Part shown: in pieces, positions 1-10,108 of the stretch
Layout: the number at the start of each line of letters is the position of its first letter
How positions within the stretch are numbered: the stretch's first letter is position 1
Origin: Massilibacteroides sp.
GTDB lineage: Bacteria; Bacteroidota; Bacteroidia; Bacteroidales; Tannerellaceae
NCBI GenBank assembly: GCA_028708075.1
Contig: JAQVZS010000011.1
Coordinates: forward strand, 6,199 to 70,198
Direction of reading: 5' to 3'
Length of the DNA: 64,000 nt
The notes under the pieces: model-generated
The model's database searches: none
The model's input: the letters and a program-made list of their open reading frames with translations, nothing else
What the model was told of the DNA's origin: nothing
Translations under genes and position numbers: made by a program

Positions 1-300
1 TTGATTTTGCAGACTGTTTTTCTTCTGCTGCAGCTCTTCGACTGTATTTACAATTTGGAAACCTTCCTCTTTTGTTATTTCCCTGCCGTCTGCTAATTTA
101 ACAGATTCTGATTTTTCATTGATGTTTTTCAGAATTTTCAGCGTATCGTCTATTTGTTTTCGCTGTTGCAATAGTTGTTGCGCATTTTCGCCTTCGAGTG
201 GGGATTTTTTCTCTTTAATATGGACAATGCCCAACTCCCGCAGAGTAAGTAAAAAGGCTTCATATTCTTTATGATACACGATAAACGCGTATTTGTTCAT
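1..300 (-). CDS. V-type ATPase subunit I, N-terminal fragment (gene continues beyond window start)
   Basis: The reverse strand from ATG (298-300) reads MNKYAFIVYHKEYEAFLLTLRELGIVHIKEK... and stays open to position 1. It lies directly downstream of subunit D, the usual subunit I position in E-C-A-B-D-I-K operons. Confidence 0.75.
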   Translation of the reverse strand, partial: MNKYAFIVYHKEYEAFLLTLRELGIVHIKEKKSPLEGENAQQLLQQRKQIDDTLKILKNINEKSESVKLADGREITKEEGFQIVNTVEELQQKKNSLQNQ

Positions 301-308
301 TTTGGCAA

Positions 309-926
309 TCATCTGTCGGCCTCCTCTTCTTTAATTTTACGTTTTTCCAGGTTTGCCCGCATGATTTTCTGCGAAGATTTGGAAAGACTTTCTTCGTCTT
401 CCATATAACGCTTTATTTTACGTATTGCATCCTGATATCCTGGTATTTGCACTTTCTCAAACAAATTAACCTTTTGGGTTGTCTTTTTGCGTGCATGCTC
501 CAACAGTTCCAACCGGACTCCAGCGAATTCGCTTTCTATGCCCGTTTTCGCCAGTTGTTTTAATAATTCGATTCCATCAACAAACCAGGCCGGCGAATTA
601 AAGAGACTGAAATCCTTTACTCCAAAATCGATCCGGCTAAGAAGCGGAACAATAACTCCCGCAATTTTCCGGGAAGAAATGTCAATATCTTTTACCCGGA
701 TTAGTTCAGGGGAGAACTCTTTCCACAAGGAAAGCATATTTTCATAATTCTTTATTTCGTCTTCCAATTGATGTTCCAATCGAACCACTTCATTTTTTGT
801 TCGCTTGACCTCCATACGTAATGCGCTTTCTTTACTTTTGATAGTAGGAAGCGAACGTTCACGCATCTTCAGTTGCTTTTCAACTTGTTGAAGTGATGTT
901 TTGTTATATTGAAACTTTATAGCCAT
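309..926 (-). CDS. V-type ATP synthase subunit D
   Basis: 205-aa coiled-coil protein (MAIKFQYNKTSLQQVEKQLKM...). It follows subunit B by 3 bp within the V-ATPase operon. Confidence 0.9.
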   Translation of the reverse strand: MAIKFQYNKTSLQQVEKQLKMRERSLPTIKSKESALRMEVKRTKNEVVRLEHQLEDEIKNYENMLSLWKEFSPELIRVKDIDISSRKIAGVIVPLLSRIDFGVKDFSLFNSPAWFVDGIELLKQLAKTGIESEFAGVRLELLEHARKKTTQKVNLFEKVQIPGYQDAIRKIKRYMEDEESLSKSSQKIMRANLEKRKIKEEEADR

Positions 927-929
927 ATG

Positions 930-2249
930 TTATTTTTTCCAGTATTGATCGACTAAAGACTGTTTGATATTTACTTCCGCCGGAGAAAAATAAGTCGAAA
1001 ATAAAGCCCAGGTTACATCGAGCATTTCGGTCGTATTTAGATTGACGTCTATGGCAAGCAGTTTGTCTGAGTATTCTTTGGCAAAAGCTAAGGCACGGTT
1101 GTCGTAATCCGTCAGGTCGAAGCCGTTTTCCATTTTTGTTTTAGCATTCGCGGCATCAGCGTATAATCGTACGGCAGCATTCATGACTTGCGGGTGATCT
1201 TCGCGCGTTTTAATACCGGTTACCAATTGTTTCAGACGGGACAAACTACGGAACGGGTCGACAATTACTTTTCCGATATCGCTATCGCGGCGAAGATAAA
1301 GCTGTCCTTCCGTGATATAACCGGTATTGTCGGGTACCGCATGAGTAATATCTCCTCCGGAAAGAGTTGTTACCGCAATGATCGTGATTGATCCTCCTTC
1401 TGGAAATTGCACTGCTTTTTCATAAATTTTAGCCAAATCCGAATACAATGATCCGGGCATGGAATCTTTGGAAGGTATTTGATCCATACGGTTGGATACG
1501 ATAGACAATGCATCTGCGTAGTTGGTCATATCTGTTAGCAACACCAATACTTTCTCATTTCGTTCGACCGCGAAGAATTCTGCGGCGGTAAGCGCCATAT
1601 CCGGGATAAGAACACGCTCTACAGATGGGTTTTCAGTTGTGTTGATAAAACTGACGATACGATCTAATGCGCCTGCGTTCGTGAATGTATTTTTAAAGAA
1701 CAGATAATCGTCGTTGGTCATCCCCATTCCACCCAACACAATTTTGTCTGATTGAGCGCGCAAAGCCACCAGTGCCATTACCTGATTGAATGGCTGGTCA
1801 GGATCGGCAAAAAACGGGATCTTTTGTCCTGTAACCAATGTGTTGTTTAAGTCGATACCCGCAATACCGGTAGCGATTAATTCGGAAGGTTGCTTTCGGC
1901 GAACGGGATTAACTGAGGGTCCGCCTATTTCCACTTCTTTTCCGTCAGGAGCAGGTCTGCCGTCGATGGGATTGCCGTAGGCGTTGAAGAACCGGCCCGC
2001 TAATTGATCGCCGACTTTCAACGAAGGAGCTTTCCCCATAAATACGACTTCGGCGTTTGTGCGTATCCCTTCCGTCCCTGAAAACACCTGAAGCGTGACT
2101 TCGTCACCAATAATTTTAACAACTTGGGCGAGTTTGCCGTCTATTGACGCCAACTCGTCATATCCTACACCGGTAGCTTTCAACGAACATGTTGCTTTGG
2201 TGATCTGTGTAATCTTTGTATATATTTTTTGAAACGCTTTTGTTGTCAT
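930..2249 (-). CDS. V-type ATP synthase subunit B
   Basis: 439 aa with the typical non-catalytic B-subunit sequence (GQKIPFF, LTDMTNYADAL, PGSLYSDLAKIYE). Confidence 0.95.
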   Translation of the reverse strand: MTTKAFQKIYTKITQITKATCSLKATGVGYDELASIDGKLAQVVKIIGDEVTLQVFSGTEGIRTNAEVVFMGKAPSLKVGDQLAGRFFNAYGNPIDGRPAPDGKEVEIGGPSVNPVRRKQPSELIATGIAGIDLNNTLVTGQKIPFFADPDQPFNQVMALVALRAQSDKIVLGGMGMTNDDYLFFKNTFTNAGALDRIVSFINTTENPSVERVLIPDMALTAAEFFAVERNEKVLVLLTDMTNYADALSIVSNRMDQIPSKDSMPGSLYSDLAKIYEKAVQFPEGGSITIIAVTTLSGGDITHAVPDNTGYITEGQLYLRRDSDIGKVIVDPFRSLSRLKQLVTGIKTREDHPQVMNAAVRLYADAANAKTKMENGFDLTDYDNRALAFAKEYSDKLLAIDVNLNTTEMLDVTWALFSTYFSPAEVNIKQSLVDQYWKK

Positions 2250-2256
2250 ATTCTTC

Positions 2257-4014
2257 TTATTTTACCATTCGTTCTTTCAACAATTTGTCTAATTCAATAT
2301 CGAATGATTTGAATTGGTCGCTTTCGTATTCGGAATAATTCATCTGTTTAAAGATATTGATAATCCGTCTGAAATAATTCATTACGTCTAAGAAATTTTC
2401 AAAAGAGAATTCGGTACGGCAGATATTTACAACTCTGTTTAGCATAAATTCCTGACGGGCTAAAGGAGTCACGGCATCAATGGCGTCGAAAGCATCCTGC
2501 TGAAGGATGACAAAGTCGATAAGTTCTGATTTCCAGAACGTAATATGATATTCTACCGGTACACCGTCATCACCCAAGATATTAATTTGTTCCGCAATTT
2601 CTTTACCTCGTAACATGCGAGTTTTTATTTCGTTTACTTTTTCGATCCAGTTTGGGGAAATGTGATTTGAAATGTATTCCTGGAATTCCGGATATTCCAA
2701 ATATTTGGAATAACTGTCGATCGGATTAACGGCCGGGTAGCGTTTGCGGTCTGCGCGTTCTTGTTCGAGCGCGTAAAAACAACGGGCAACTTTTTTCGTG
2801 TTTTCAGTTACAGGTTCCTTCAGATTACCTCCGGCAGGAGATACCGTACCAATAAATGTGACGGATCCAGAAGCTCCGTTTTTAAGTTCGACATAACCGG
2901 CACGTGCATAGAAATTGGCGATAATTGCGGAAAGGTCCATAGGGAATGCATCCGGGCCCGGAAGTTCTTCCAGACGGTTTGACATTTCACGCAAAGCTTG
3001 CGCCCAACGTGAGGTTGAGTCTGCCATTAACAAGATTTTCAATCCCATGCTTCGGTAATATTCTGCGATTGTCATTGCCGTATAAACAGATGCTTCACGT
3101 GCGGCTACAGGCATGTTGGATGTGTTGGCAATAATGATCGTACGTTCCATCAATTTACGTCCGGTATGGGGGTCTATTAGATGCGGAAATTCCGCGAAAA
3201 TTTCAACTACTTCATTTGCCCGTTCTCCGCAGGCGGCAATAATTACAATGTCGGCTTCCGCCTGTTTTGAAATAGCGTGTTGCAACACCGTTTTTCCGGT
3301 ACCGAAAGGGCCGGGGATAAATCCTGTACCGCCTTCAACGATCGGATTTACCGTATCGATGGTGCGAACACCAGTTTCTAATAATTTGTATGGACGAGGT
3401 TTGGCTTGATAACAGGTAATTGCCTTTTTTACCGGCCATTTTTGGATCATATTGATCGATATTTCCTTTCCGTTCGTGTCCGTCAATACAGCTATCGTAT
3501 CGTTGATCGTATATTCTCCTTTATCCACGACCGATTTGACGGTATAATTGTTTTCCATGACAAAAGGAACCATGATTTTATGTGGCTGGTTGTTTTCGTC
3601 GACTTCACCTAACCAATCTCCGGCTGTGACCGTATCTCCCGGTTTTGCTAAAGGGGTGAATTGCCACTTTGTTTCTTCGTTTAGCGCATACGTATAATCT
3701 CCGCGTTTTAGGAAGGTTCCTTCCATTTTATCCAAATCGTTTTGGAGCCCGTCGTAGTTTCGTGACAGCATGCCAGGGCCTAATGTTACTTCGAGCATAT
3801 GTCCGGCAAACTCGGCTTTGTTGCCTACTTTCATCCCACGTGTGCTTTCGAATACTTGTACAGAAGCATTTGTCCCGATAACTTTAATTACTTCCGCCAT
3901 AAGTTTTACATCTCCGACAGAGATGTAACAAATCTCATTTTGGGAGACTGGCCCGTCCACCTCTACTGTCACTAAGTTGGATACGATTCCTTTTACAATT
4001 CCTTTCGTCGCCAT
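2257..4014 (-). CDS. V-type ATP synthase catalytic subunit A
   Basis: 585 aa with Walker A GPFGTGKT and LMADSTSRWAQALRE. Confidence 0.95.
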   Translation of the reverse strand: MATKGIVKGIVSNLVTVEVDGPVSQNEICYISVGDVKLMAEVIKVIGTNASVQVFESTRGMKVGNKAEFAGHMLEVTLGPGMLSRNYDGLQNDLDKMEGTFLKRGDYTYALNEETKWQFTPLAKPGDTVTAGDWLGEVDENNQPHKIMVPFVMENNYTVKSVVDKGEYTINDTIAVLTDTNGKEISINMIQKWPVKKAITCYQAKPRPYKLLETGVRTIDTVNPIVEGGTGFIPGPFGTGKTVLQHAISKQAEADIVIIAACGERANEVVEIFAEFPHLIDPHTGRKLMERTIIIANTSNMPVAAREASVYTAMTIAEYYRSMGLKILLMADSTSRWAQALREMSNRLEELPGPDAFPMDLSAIIANFYARAGYVELKNGASGSVTFIGTVSPAGGNLKEPVTENTKKVARCFYALEQERADRKRYPAVNPIDSYSKYLEYPEFQEYISNHISPNWIEKVNEIKTRMLRGKEIAEQINILGDDGVPVEYHITFWKSELIDFVILQQDAFDAIDAVTPLARQEFMLNRVVNICRTEFSFENFLDVMNYFRRIINIFKQMNYSEYESDQFKSFDIELDKLLKERMVK

Positions 4015-4016
4015 AA

Positions 4017-4910
4017 TTATATTTTATTGTTCTTCTTTTTAAATTCGTTCAGCGCAGAGTTGCTATCTTTTTTCATGGCGCTGATTAGTTCTCTGAAGCT
4101 TGCTTCTCCGCTTGCTTTGTCCAGATTAGTCCATCGTTCGATCATTTCAATTTTTAGCAGATAAGCAAATACGCTTTCGATATCAAAAACTTTGAAAACG
4201 GTATTGTATTCAAGCCATTCCCATTTGAGAACATCTATTTTCTTTTCGCGTATTGCCAAATCGCTTTCGTCGGCTAACCGGAGCAGGTCGGATAAATATT
4301 CCACATCCTCACCCACATTTAATTCCCGGGAATTGGATGCTCGTAAATTCTCGGCTATTTCATCATCCCCGATAATGTATTGTTTTTTATCGAATCCGTA
4401 TTTATTACAGGTGATAGCAACTAATATGTTTTTGATCGTCAGATTAAGTTTGAACCATTCGGAAAAAAACTTATTCTTGCATTTTACGGCATAAGCATAA
4501 TAACGTGTGGTTAGTTTGTCTTCCCACGAAACGATGGATATTTCTTCTTTGTTTTCTCTAACTTCCGGGTCGAAGTACTCCGTAAGAAATTCTCCCATAT
4601 AGGATGGCACATGTTTATTCATCTTTTTCCCTTCTTTGATGGCATATGCTGTTTCTTCAAAGATGGAGGGAGAAAGAGTTCCTCTCTTATCCCAAGACAA
4701 TTCTTCTTTTTGCTCGGATGATTCGTGTTGCAGCCAATTCAGTAAATTCCGGTTATCGTATTTCAGAAAAAAAAACGAGATTAGTTTCTTATCTTTTGAA
4801 GATAATGTATTCTCTAATTCTCCTTTGAAATCAAATACAGAATATACCTGTTTGCTGTCGTCCAACGTAATCTCAGGGAGGCTTGCTATCAGGTAATGAT
4901 ATTTACTCAT
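4017..4910 (-). CDS. DUF2764-family protein occupying the V-ATPase subunit C position
   Basis: 297 aa (MSKYHYLIASLPEITLDD...), tightly packed between subunits E and A. The family assignment is from memory of Bacteroidota V-ATPase operons. Confidence 0.7.
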   Translation of the reverse strand: MSKYHYLIASLPEITLDDSKQVYSVFDFKGELENTLSSKDKKLISFFFLKYDNRNLLNWLQHESSEQKEELSWDKRGTLSPSIFEETAYAIKEGKKMNKHVPSYMGEFLTEYFDPEVRENKEEISIVSWEDKLTTRYYAYAVKCKNKFFSEWFKLNLTIKNILVAITCNKYGFDKKQYIIGDDEIAENLRASNSRELNVGEDVEYLSDLLRLADESDLAIREKKIDVLKWEWLEYNTVFKVFDIESVFAYLLKIEMIERWTNLDKASGEASFRELISAMKKDSNSALNEFKKKNNKI

Positions 4911-4916
4911 GCTTTT

Positions 4917-5507
4917 TTAGAATAATTTCTCCAACAAGGCCGGACGTAGAAGCTCTTTGAAAAATAACATAAACTCTTCTTCTCCGAAATTAACTTTATA
5001 CGAACCGTCTATAGGCTGGATAGTAAAGGAAGTTTCTTTTCCATTTATTTTTTCTATCCGGATTCCTTTATCGAGTAATTCTTTCGCATTTCCTTCAAAA
5101 TAGGATTGAAGTGCTTCAGCGGAACTTGTTTGTATAACAAAGGCTTCATTTTTTGCCCATGAACGTGCCATTTCCAAAATGACTTTTTGCATGAACGCTT
5201 TGTCTGTTACAACCGGTTTTACATTGGTGTTTGTTATTTCTCCGACAAGAAGGTCTGTTATTTCTTTTTTCAATGAGTCAATAACTTGACCCGAAGCAAT
5301 TTTGATCTCGTTATCCGTGTTTTTTTTAATGTCCTGCGCCTGTTTTTCTGCTTTCGCAACGATGCGTTTGGCTTCCGTTTCGGCTTCGGCGATAATGGCT
5401 TGTTGCTTAGCTTTCGCTTCGGCAATGATATTGGCCGCTTCCTGATTACCTTTTTCTATCCCTTCCTGATAGATTTTTTCGGTTAGTTCTTGAATCTTGG
5501 TATCCAT
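4917..5507 (-). CDS. V-type ATP synthase subunit E
   Basis: 196 aa with an Ala/Lys/Glu-rich N-terminal helix (AEAKAKQQAIIAEAETEAKRIVAKAEKQAQ). First gene of the operon. Confidence 0.8.
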   Translation of the reverse strand: MDTKIQELTEKIYQEGIEKGNQEAANIIAEAKAKQQAIIAEAETEAKRIVAKAEKQAQDIKKNTDNEIKIASGQVIDSLKKEITDLLVGEITNTNVKPVVTDKAFMQKVILEMARSWAKNEAFVIQTSSAEALQSYFEGNAKELLDKGIRIEKINGKETSFTIQPIDGSYKVNFGEEEFMLFFKELLRPALLEKLF

Positions 5508-5551
5508 ATTTTAAAGTATATATTGTGATTTTATCTATTATCAAACGCCTA

Positions 5552-5559
5552 CAAAGTTA
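5552..5559 (-). promoter_or_regulatory. Putative -7 promoter box (TAACTTTG) for the V-ATPase operon
   Basis: Matches the Bacteroidota primary-sigma -7 consensus TAnnTTTG, 44 bp upstream of the subunit E ATG. Confidence 0.4.
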
Positions 5560-5630
5560 ATATTTTGTGTGAAGGACGCCAGAAATAAATGTGAAATGAA
5601 GCTAAAATACCTGATTGTCGTGAATTTATG

Positions 5631-5638
5631 TATCTTTG
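5631..5638 (+). promoter_or_regulatory. Putative -7 promoter box (TATCTTTG) for the GNAT gene
   Basis: TAnnTTTG match 21 bp upstream of the ATG at 5660. Confidence 0.4.
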
Positions 5639-5659
5639 TTGGTCTAAATCGATTGGATT

Positions 5660-6160
5660 ATGTTCTCATTTAAAAGTGTATCTGTCGCCGAGATTGGCGT
5701 TATTCGTGATTTGGCTTTTCGAATATGGAATAATACATACGAGACTATTTTGTCGAAAGAACAATTGGGTTATATGTTTGAGATGATGTATTCGGAAGAG
5801 AGTTTACGTAAACAAATGATTGACCTTGATCATCGTTTTTTTATGGCTGAAGTAGATGGGGTACCTTCCGGCTATATCTCGATAGAACAGAAAGGAAGAC
5901 GATTGTTTAATTTCCAGAAAATATATGCCCTTCCGGCACAACAAGGGAAGGGGATAGGCCGTTTTTTAGTGGAACAGGGAATAGCTTATTTAAAAAATAA
6001 TTACGAAACGCCTTTAACCGTGGAACTGTTTGTGAACCGGGAAAATAAAGCCGTCGGTTTTTATAAACATCTTGGATTTAAAGTGGTGGATACGCGCGAT
6101 CATCCAATCGGAAATGGCTTTTATATGAATGATTATATTATGAATTTAGAATTAGCATAA
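5660..6160 (+). CDS. GNAT family N-acetyltransferase
   Basis: 166 aa with the acetyl-CoA binding motif QQGKGIGRFLVEQ and the typical GNAT length. Confidence 0.85.
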   Translation: MFSFKSVSVAEIGVIRDLAFRIWNNTYETILSKEQLGYMFEMMYSEESLRKQMIDLDHRFFMAEVDGVPSGYISIEQKGRRLFNFQKIYALPAQQGKGIGRFLVEQGIAYLKNNYETPLTVELFVNRENKAVGFYKHLGFKVVDTRDHPIGNGFYMNDYIMNLELA

Positions 6161-6203
6161 AAAAAAGAGGATAAACTTATTTTGTTTTATCCTCTCTTTT
6201 TTT
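6160..6203. terminator. Bidirectional intrinsic terminator between the convergent GNAT and phosphoglucomutase genes
   Basis: Perfect 10-bp stem AGAGGATAAA (6166-6175) / TTTATCCTCT (6186-6195), with an A-run on one side and a T-run on the other. Confidence 0.7.
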
Positions 6204-7950
6204 AAATTCCTAAAGATTCTTTTATCTGTTCAATCTTTTCTTTTGCTTTTGTTTCAGCCTGAGGAATATCTTCCAAACCTTTTATCGGGAGGTGTACTTC
6301 ACAATAAAATTTTATTTTGGGCTCAGTTCCGGAAGGCCGGATAGATACTTTTGTTTTATCTTCAGTGAAATATTGTAAAACGTTCGAGGTCGTCGGCATA
6401 TCTAAAGAGAGTGTCTCGTTATCAATAAAACTGTATCCCTTTAAAGAAGAATAGTCATGAATCTGAATTACTTTAGATCCGGCTATTTCCATTAATGGAT
6501 TTTCACGAAAATGCTTCATCATAGCTTCTATTTCTTCCGCTCCGCTTTTGCCTTTTTTGACTACCGAAATTCCTTTTTCTTTAGAATAGCCGTATTGTAC
6601 GTATATCTGCTGCAATAACTGGTACAATGAAAGTTTTTGATCTTTTGCCCAAGCGGCCATTTCTGCAAGAACGGCACAAGCGGATACAGCGTCTTTATCT
6701 CTAACGAAGTCTTCACACAAGAATCCATAACTTTCCTCGCCACCTCCGATAAACGATTTTTTGCCTTCATTTTTTTTCATAATGTCGGCAATCCATTTGA
6801 ATCCGGTGTAAACATCATACATTTCTACTCCATTTTGCTCAGCGATCGTTCGTATTGTTTCGGTAGAGACAATTGTTTTTACGATGTATTCGTTCCCCTT
6901 TATTTTCCTTAATTGTTTCCAACGCGTGATAAGATAATAAACAAATAGCAGAGCAGTCTGATTCCCATTTAACAAAACCCATTCTCCCACTTCGTTTTTA
7001 ACAGCAGCACCAACACGGTCTGCGTCCGGATCGGAAGCCAGAACTAATTCAGCATCGGTTTCTTTTGCTTTGGCGACGGCCAAAGCCAGTGCTGCCGGTT
7101 CCTCTGGATTCGGAGAAATCACTGTTGGAAAATCACCTCTGACAACATCCTGTTCAGGTACATGAATAATATTTGTAAACCCAAACGCTTTTAACGCGGC
7201 AGGAACAAGACGTACCCCCGTTCCGTGAATCGGAGTATACACAATCTTCATGTCGTGGTGTCTTTGGATTGCTTCAGGAGATAGAGATATGGTTGTCAAA
7301 TCCTGTATATATTGTTCGTCTAGTTCTTTCCCTATAATTTTAATCAGGTCTTTATCCCCGTTGAATTTGATTTCCGATGCGTTTCTGATTTTGTTTACTT
7401 CTGCTATTGTGTTTTTATCGTGGGGGGCGATCATTTGCGCGCCATCGTCCCAATAGGCTTTGTAGCCATTATATTCTTTGGGGTTATGGGACGCCGTCAG
7501 AATAATACCACTTTGACAACCCAGTTCGCGAATGGCATAAGAGACTTCCGGCGTTGGTCTCAAATCGTCAAAGAGATATACTTTTATCCCGTTTGCCGAG
7601 AAGATATCGGCAGAGATTTCTGCAAATTTTCTACTGTTATTTCTGCAATCGTGACCGATGACGACTTTTATTTGATCCAAATGTTCAAATTCTTTCTTTA
7701 AATAGTTCGAAAGACCTTGCGTAGCGGCACCAACGGTGTATTTATTCATCCGGTTTGTTCCGATACCCATGATTCCCCTTAATCCTCCGGTTCCAAATTC
7801 CAAATCTTTATAAAAAGATTCTATCAACTCAGTAGGGTCTTCATTATCAAGCATGGTTTGTACTTGAGCACGCGTTTCTTCGTCATAACTCTTCGTGAGC
7901 CATACTTGAGCTTTGTTTTTTACTGTGTCAATCAAATCATTATTTCCCAT
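6202..7950 (-). CDS. Phospho-sugar mutase (phosphoglucomutase/phosphomannomutase family)
   Basis: 582 aa with the active-site phosphoserine loop TASHNPKEYNGYK and the metal loop SDPDADR. Confidence 0.9.
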   Translation of the reverse strand: MGNNDLIDTVKNKAQVWLTKSYDEETRAQVQTMLDNEDPTELIESFYKDLEFGTGGLRGIMGIGTNRMNKYTVGAATQGLSNYLKKEFEHLDQIKVVIGHDCRNNSRKFAEISADIFSANGIKVYLFDDLRPTPEVSYAIRELGCQSGIILTASHNPKEYNGYKAYWDDGAQMIAPHDKNTIAEVNKIRNASEIKFNGDKDLIKIIGKELDEQYIQDLTTISLSPEAIQRHHDMKIVYTPIHGTGVRLVPAALKAFGFTNIIHVPEQDVVRGDFPTVISPNPEEPAALALAVAKAKETDAELVLASDPDADRVGAAVKNEVGEWVLLNGNQTALLFVYYLITRWKQLRKIKGNEYIVKTIVSTETIRTIAEQNGVEMYDVYTGFKWIADIMKKNEGKKSFIGGGEESYGFLCEDFVRDKDAVSACAVLAEMAAWAKDQKLSLYQLLQQIYVQYGYSKEKGISVVKKGKSGAEEIEAMMKHFRENPLMEIAGSKVIQIHDYSSLKGYSFIDNETLSLDMPTTSNVLQYFTEDKTKVSIRPSGTEPKIKFYCEVHLPIKGLEDIPQAETKAKEKIEQIKESLGI

Positions 7951-8071
7951 TTGTGTATTATGAATTAAAGATTATGTTACTCTCAATTTATTAAACAAAT
8001 ATACAAATTAATTGAGCGTAGCAAATGAATCCACTTCGATTTTGCTTCTGTTTTTTTGTTCCTTCAGCTAG

Positions 8072-9394
8072 TCATAACACCGGAAGAGTCCAGGGCGCAC
8101 GATAGTGCGCTTTGGCTAATAGATTGGCTTCTTTGTCGTTGATAAAACTATGTGTTGCTTCATCCCAGCGAACCTCTCGTTGAAGACGGCAGGAAATATT
8201 GGCAAAATGACACATTTTAGCGACTTTGGCACCAATCTCAATATCGGCAGCTGGCAGATTTTTGCTTTTTATACTGCTTAAGAAATTACCTACATGATTA
8301 TATAAGCCTTTGCCCTCTCCTTTTTTGAATGGTACGGCTTCCATTCTAGCGTCTTTCCCTGCAACGACGGGGATGACTTCCCATCCTGCGCGGGTCAAAA
8401 CCAAGGTCCCATTTTCGCCATAAAACGCTAAGCCTTCCTTCTTGTTAAATAGTCCGTGGTTGATTCCGCAGGCATGATCCCAAATGATGTTGAAATCATC
8501 ATATACATAGGTTGCCATTAACGTATCCGGGGTTTCCATCGCATCATTCGGATAAGCAAATTTCCCTCCTCCCGAAAAAATATGGTTAGGTAATGTAGCC
8601 CCCATGCCTTCCAAGGCATAATCTAGTAAATGTACCCCCCAATCGGACATTAAACCACCTGCGTAATCCCAAAAGAAACGGAAATTATAATGAAACCGGT
8701 ATGGATTAAACGGACGTTTAGGAGCTGGCCCCAACCACATATCGTAATCGACGCCAGCGGGAACTGGTTCGTCCGGTTTTACGGGTAATGTTGGTTTTCC
8801 ATCTTGATAAGCCCATACCTTTACCGTGCGGATGCGTCCGATATTTCCGGCTCGGAGATAAGCCGCCGCTTCGTTCCAGTGCGGATCACTTCGTTGCCAT
8901 TGACCTACCTGAACGATCCGTTTATACTTTCGAGCAGCTTGTACCATTCGTTCGCATTCTTCAATGGTATTGGCAAGAGGTTTTTCTACATAGACGTCTT
9001 TTCCTGCCTGGCAAGCATAAATTAAAGGTAAGCAGTGCCAATGATCAGGTGTTCCGATAATAACAGCATCAATATCTTTATTGTCTATTATTTTTCGCCA
9101 ATCTTTATATAAGTTAGGGACTTTTTTCCCACTTTTCTTTTCTACATCCGCCGCACGTTTGTTTAACCATTCGTCGTCTACGTCGCATAGCGCTATGCAT
9201 TCTACTTCCGGATAATCTAAAAAAGTATTCAGATCACTCCATCCCATGCTCCGGCAACCCATAAGAGCGACTTTTACTTTATTATTGGGAGCTGTTTGTC
9301 CGAAAACAGATTGATAAGAACCTCCTATCAACGGAGTTAGTCCTATCCCGGCAGCTGTTAATGCTGATTTTTGGAGGAAATTTCTTCTGTTCAT
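8072..9394 (-). CDS. Gfo/Idh/MocA family oxidoreductase with twin-arginine signal
   Basis: The start was moved to the internal MNRRNFLQKSALTAAGIGL (Tat motif), ATG at 9392-9394. It has a Rossmann N-terminus (KVALMGCRSMGW). The tracked upstream extension overlaps the divergent upxY start. Confidence 0.85.
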   Translation of the reverse strand: MNRRNFLQKSALTAAGIGLTPLIGGSYQSVFGQTAPNNKVKVALMGCRSMGWSDLNTFLDYPEVECIALCDVDDEWLNKRAADVEKKSGKKVPNLYKDWRKIIDNKDIDAVIIGTPDHWHCLPLIYACQAGKDVYVEKPLANTIEECERMVQAARKYKRIVQVGQWQRSDPHWNEAAAYLRAGNIGRIRTVKVWAYQDGKPTLPVKPDEPVPAGVDYDMWLGPAPKRPFNPYRFHYNFRFFWDYAGGLMSDWGVHLLDYALEGMGATLPNHIFSGGGKFAYPNDAMETPDTLMATYVYDDFNIIWDHACGINHGLFNKKEGLAFYGENGTLVLTRAGWEVIPVVAGKDARMEAVPFKKGEGKGLYNHVGNFLSSIKSKNLPAADIEIGAKVAKMCHFANISCRLQREVRWDEATHSFINDKEANLLAKAHYRAPWTLPVL

Positions 9395-9478
9395 TTTATT
9401 TATATGTTTATCTGGCAATAATATTTTTTGTTTGTTGATGCAAAAAAGTTTTGAATCGCAATAATACAAAAAAACTCC

Positions 9479-9486
9479 TATATTTG
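9479..9486 (+). promoter_or_regulatory. Putative -7 promoter box (TATATTTG) for the upxY-like gene
   Basis: TAnnTTTG match 20 bp upstream of the ATG at 9507. Confidence 0.4.
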
Positions 9487-9506
9487 TGTTCGAAAACAAG
9501 TAAAAT

Positions 9507-9998
9507 ATGACAACGGTAAAACCTGAGTGGTACGTATTATATACAGCGCCTCGTGCGGAAAAACAGGTTCTTGAACGATTGATCAAGTTAGGGATAGAAT
9601 GTTGGTTGCCTCTTCACCGTTCGCCTCGAGTTTGGTCTGATCGGGTTAAACTCGTTGATATGCCGCTTTTCAGTTCATACGTTTTCGTTAAGTGTAAAGG
9701 CCCCGAACTTTATTCGATGTTGACTATTTACGGAGTGGTGAAAATAATATATTATGATGGAAAACCCGCTGTTGTGCGCCAGTCAGAGATAGATAGTATA
9801 CAGCAGTTTTTGGAAGAAGCGTCATGTCATGAACTTTGTATAGGAGAAGAAGTAGAAATATTATGCGGCGCGATGAAGCATGTTTCCGGTAAAGTAAAGA
9901 GAATAAAAAAAACGCATATGGTTTTGTTTATTGAACAACTTGGCGCGATGGTCTGTGTTAATCTAAATGATGTAGCTAAAACCAAACGCTTGAAATAA
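9507..9998 (+). CDS. UpxY-family transcription antiterminator (NusG paralog)
   Basis: 163 aa. The NGN-like N-terminus is WYVLYTAPRAEKQVLERL and the KOW-like C-terminus is GEEVEILCGAMKHVSGKVKRI. Confidence 0.8.
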   Translation: MTTVKPEWYVLYTAPRAEKQVLERLIKLGIECWLPLHRSPRVWSDRVKLVDMPLFSSYVFVKCKGPELYSMLTIYGVVKIIYYDGKPAVVRQSEIDSIQQFLEEASCHELCIGEEVEILCGAMKHVSGKVKRIKKTHMVLFIEQLGAMVCVNLNDVAKTKRLK

Positions 9999-10041
9999 TA
10001 TTACTTTCTTTCTGTGTAATTTGTAATCAGACTTTTTCCTG

Positions 10042-10049
10042 TATATTTG
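10042..10049 (+). promoter_or_regulatory. Putative -7 promoter box (TATATTTG) upstream of the serine dehydratase gene
   Basis: TAnnTTTG match 59 bp upstream of the ATG at 10109. Confidence 0.35.
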
Positions 10050-10108
10050 TTGTGAATAGTTTTACATCTCTTAAACAGTCAAAATAACGGAGACGAACAG
10101 GATCATTT

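Noticed and set aside
9395-9586. The tracked N-terminal extension of the Gfo/Idh/MocA ORF (start 9586). Similar upstream extensions occur at 13582 (nifJ), 17196 (HAD), 28841 (transporter), 31521 (OMP-like), 36138 (recJ), 47188 (adaptor) and 46926 (AraC).
   Set aside because: In each case an internal start gives a canonical N-terminus (Tat signal, lipobox, signal peptide or conserved family start). The extension would cross promoters or terminators, or overlap a neighbouring gene.
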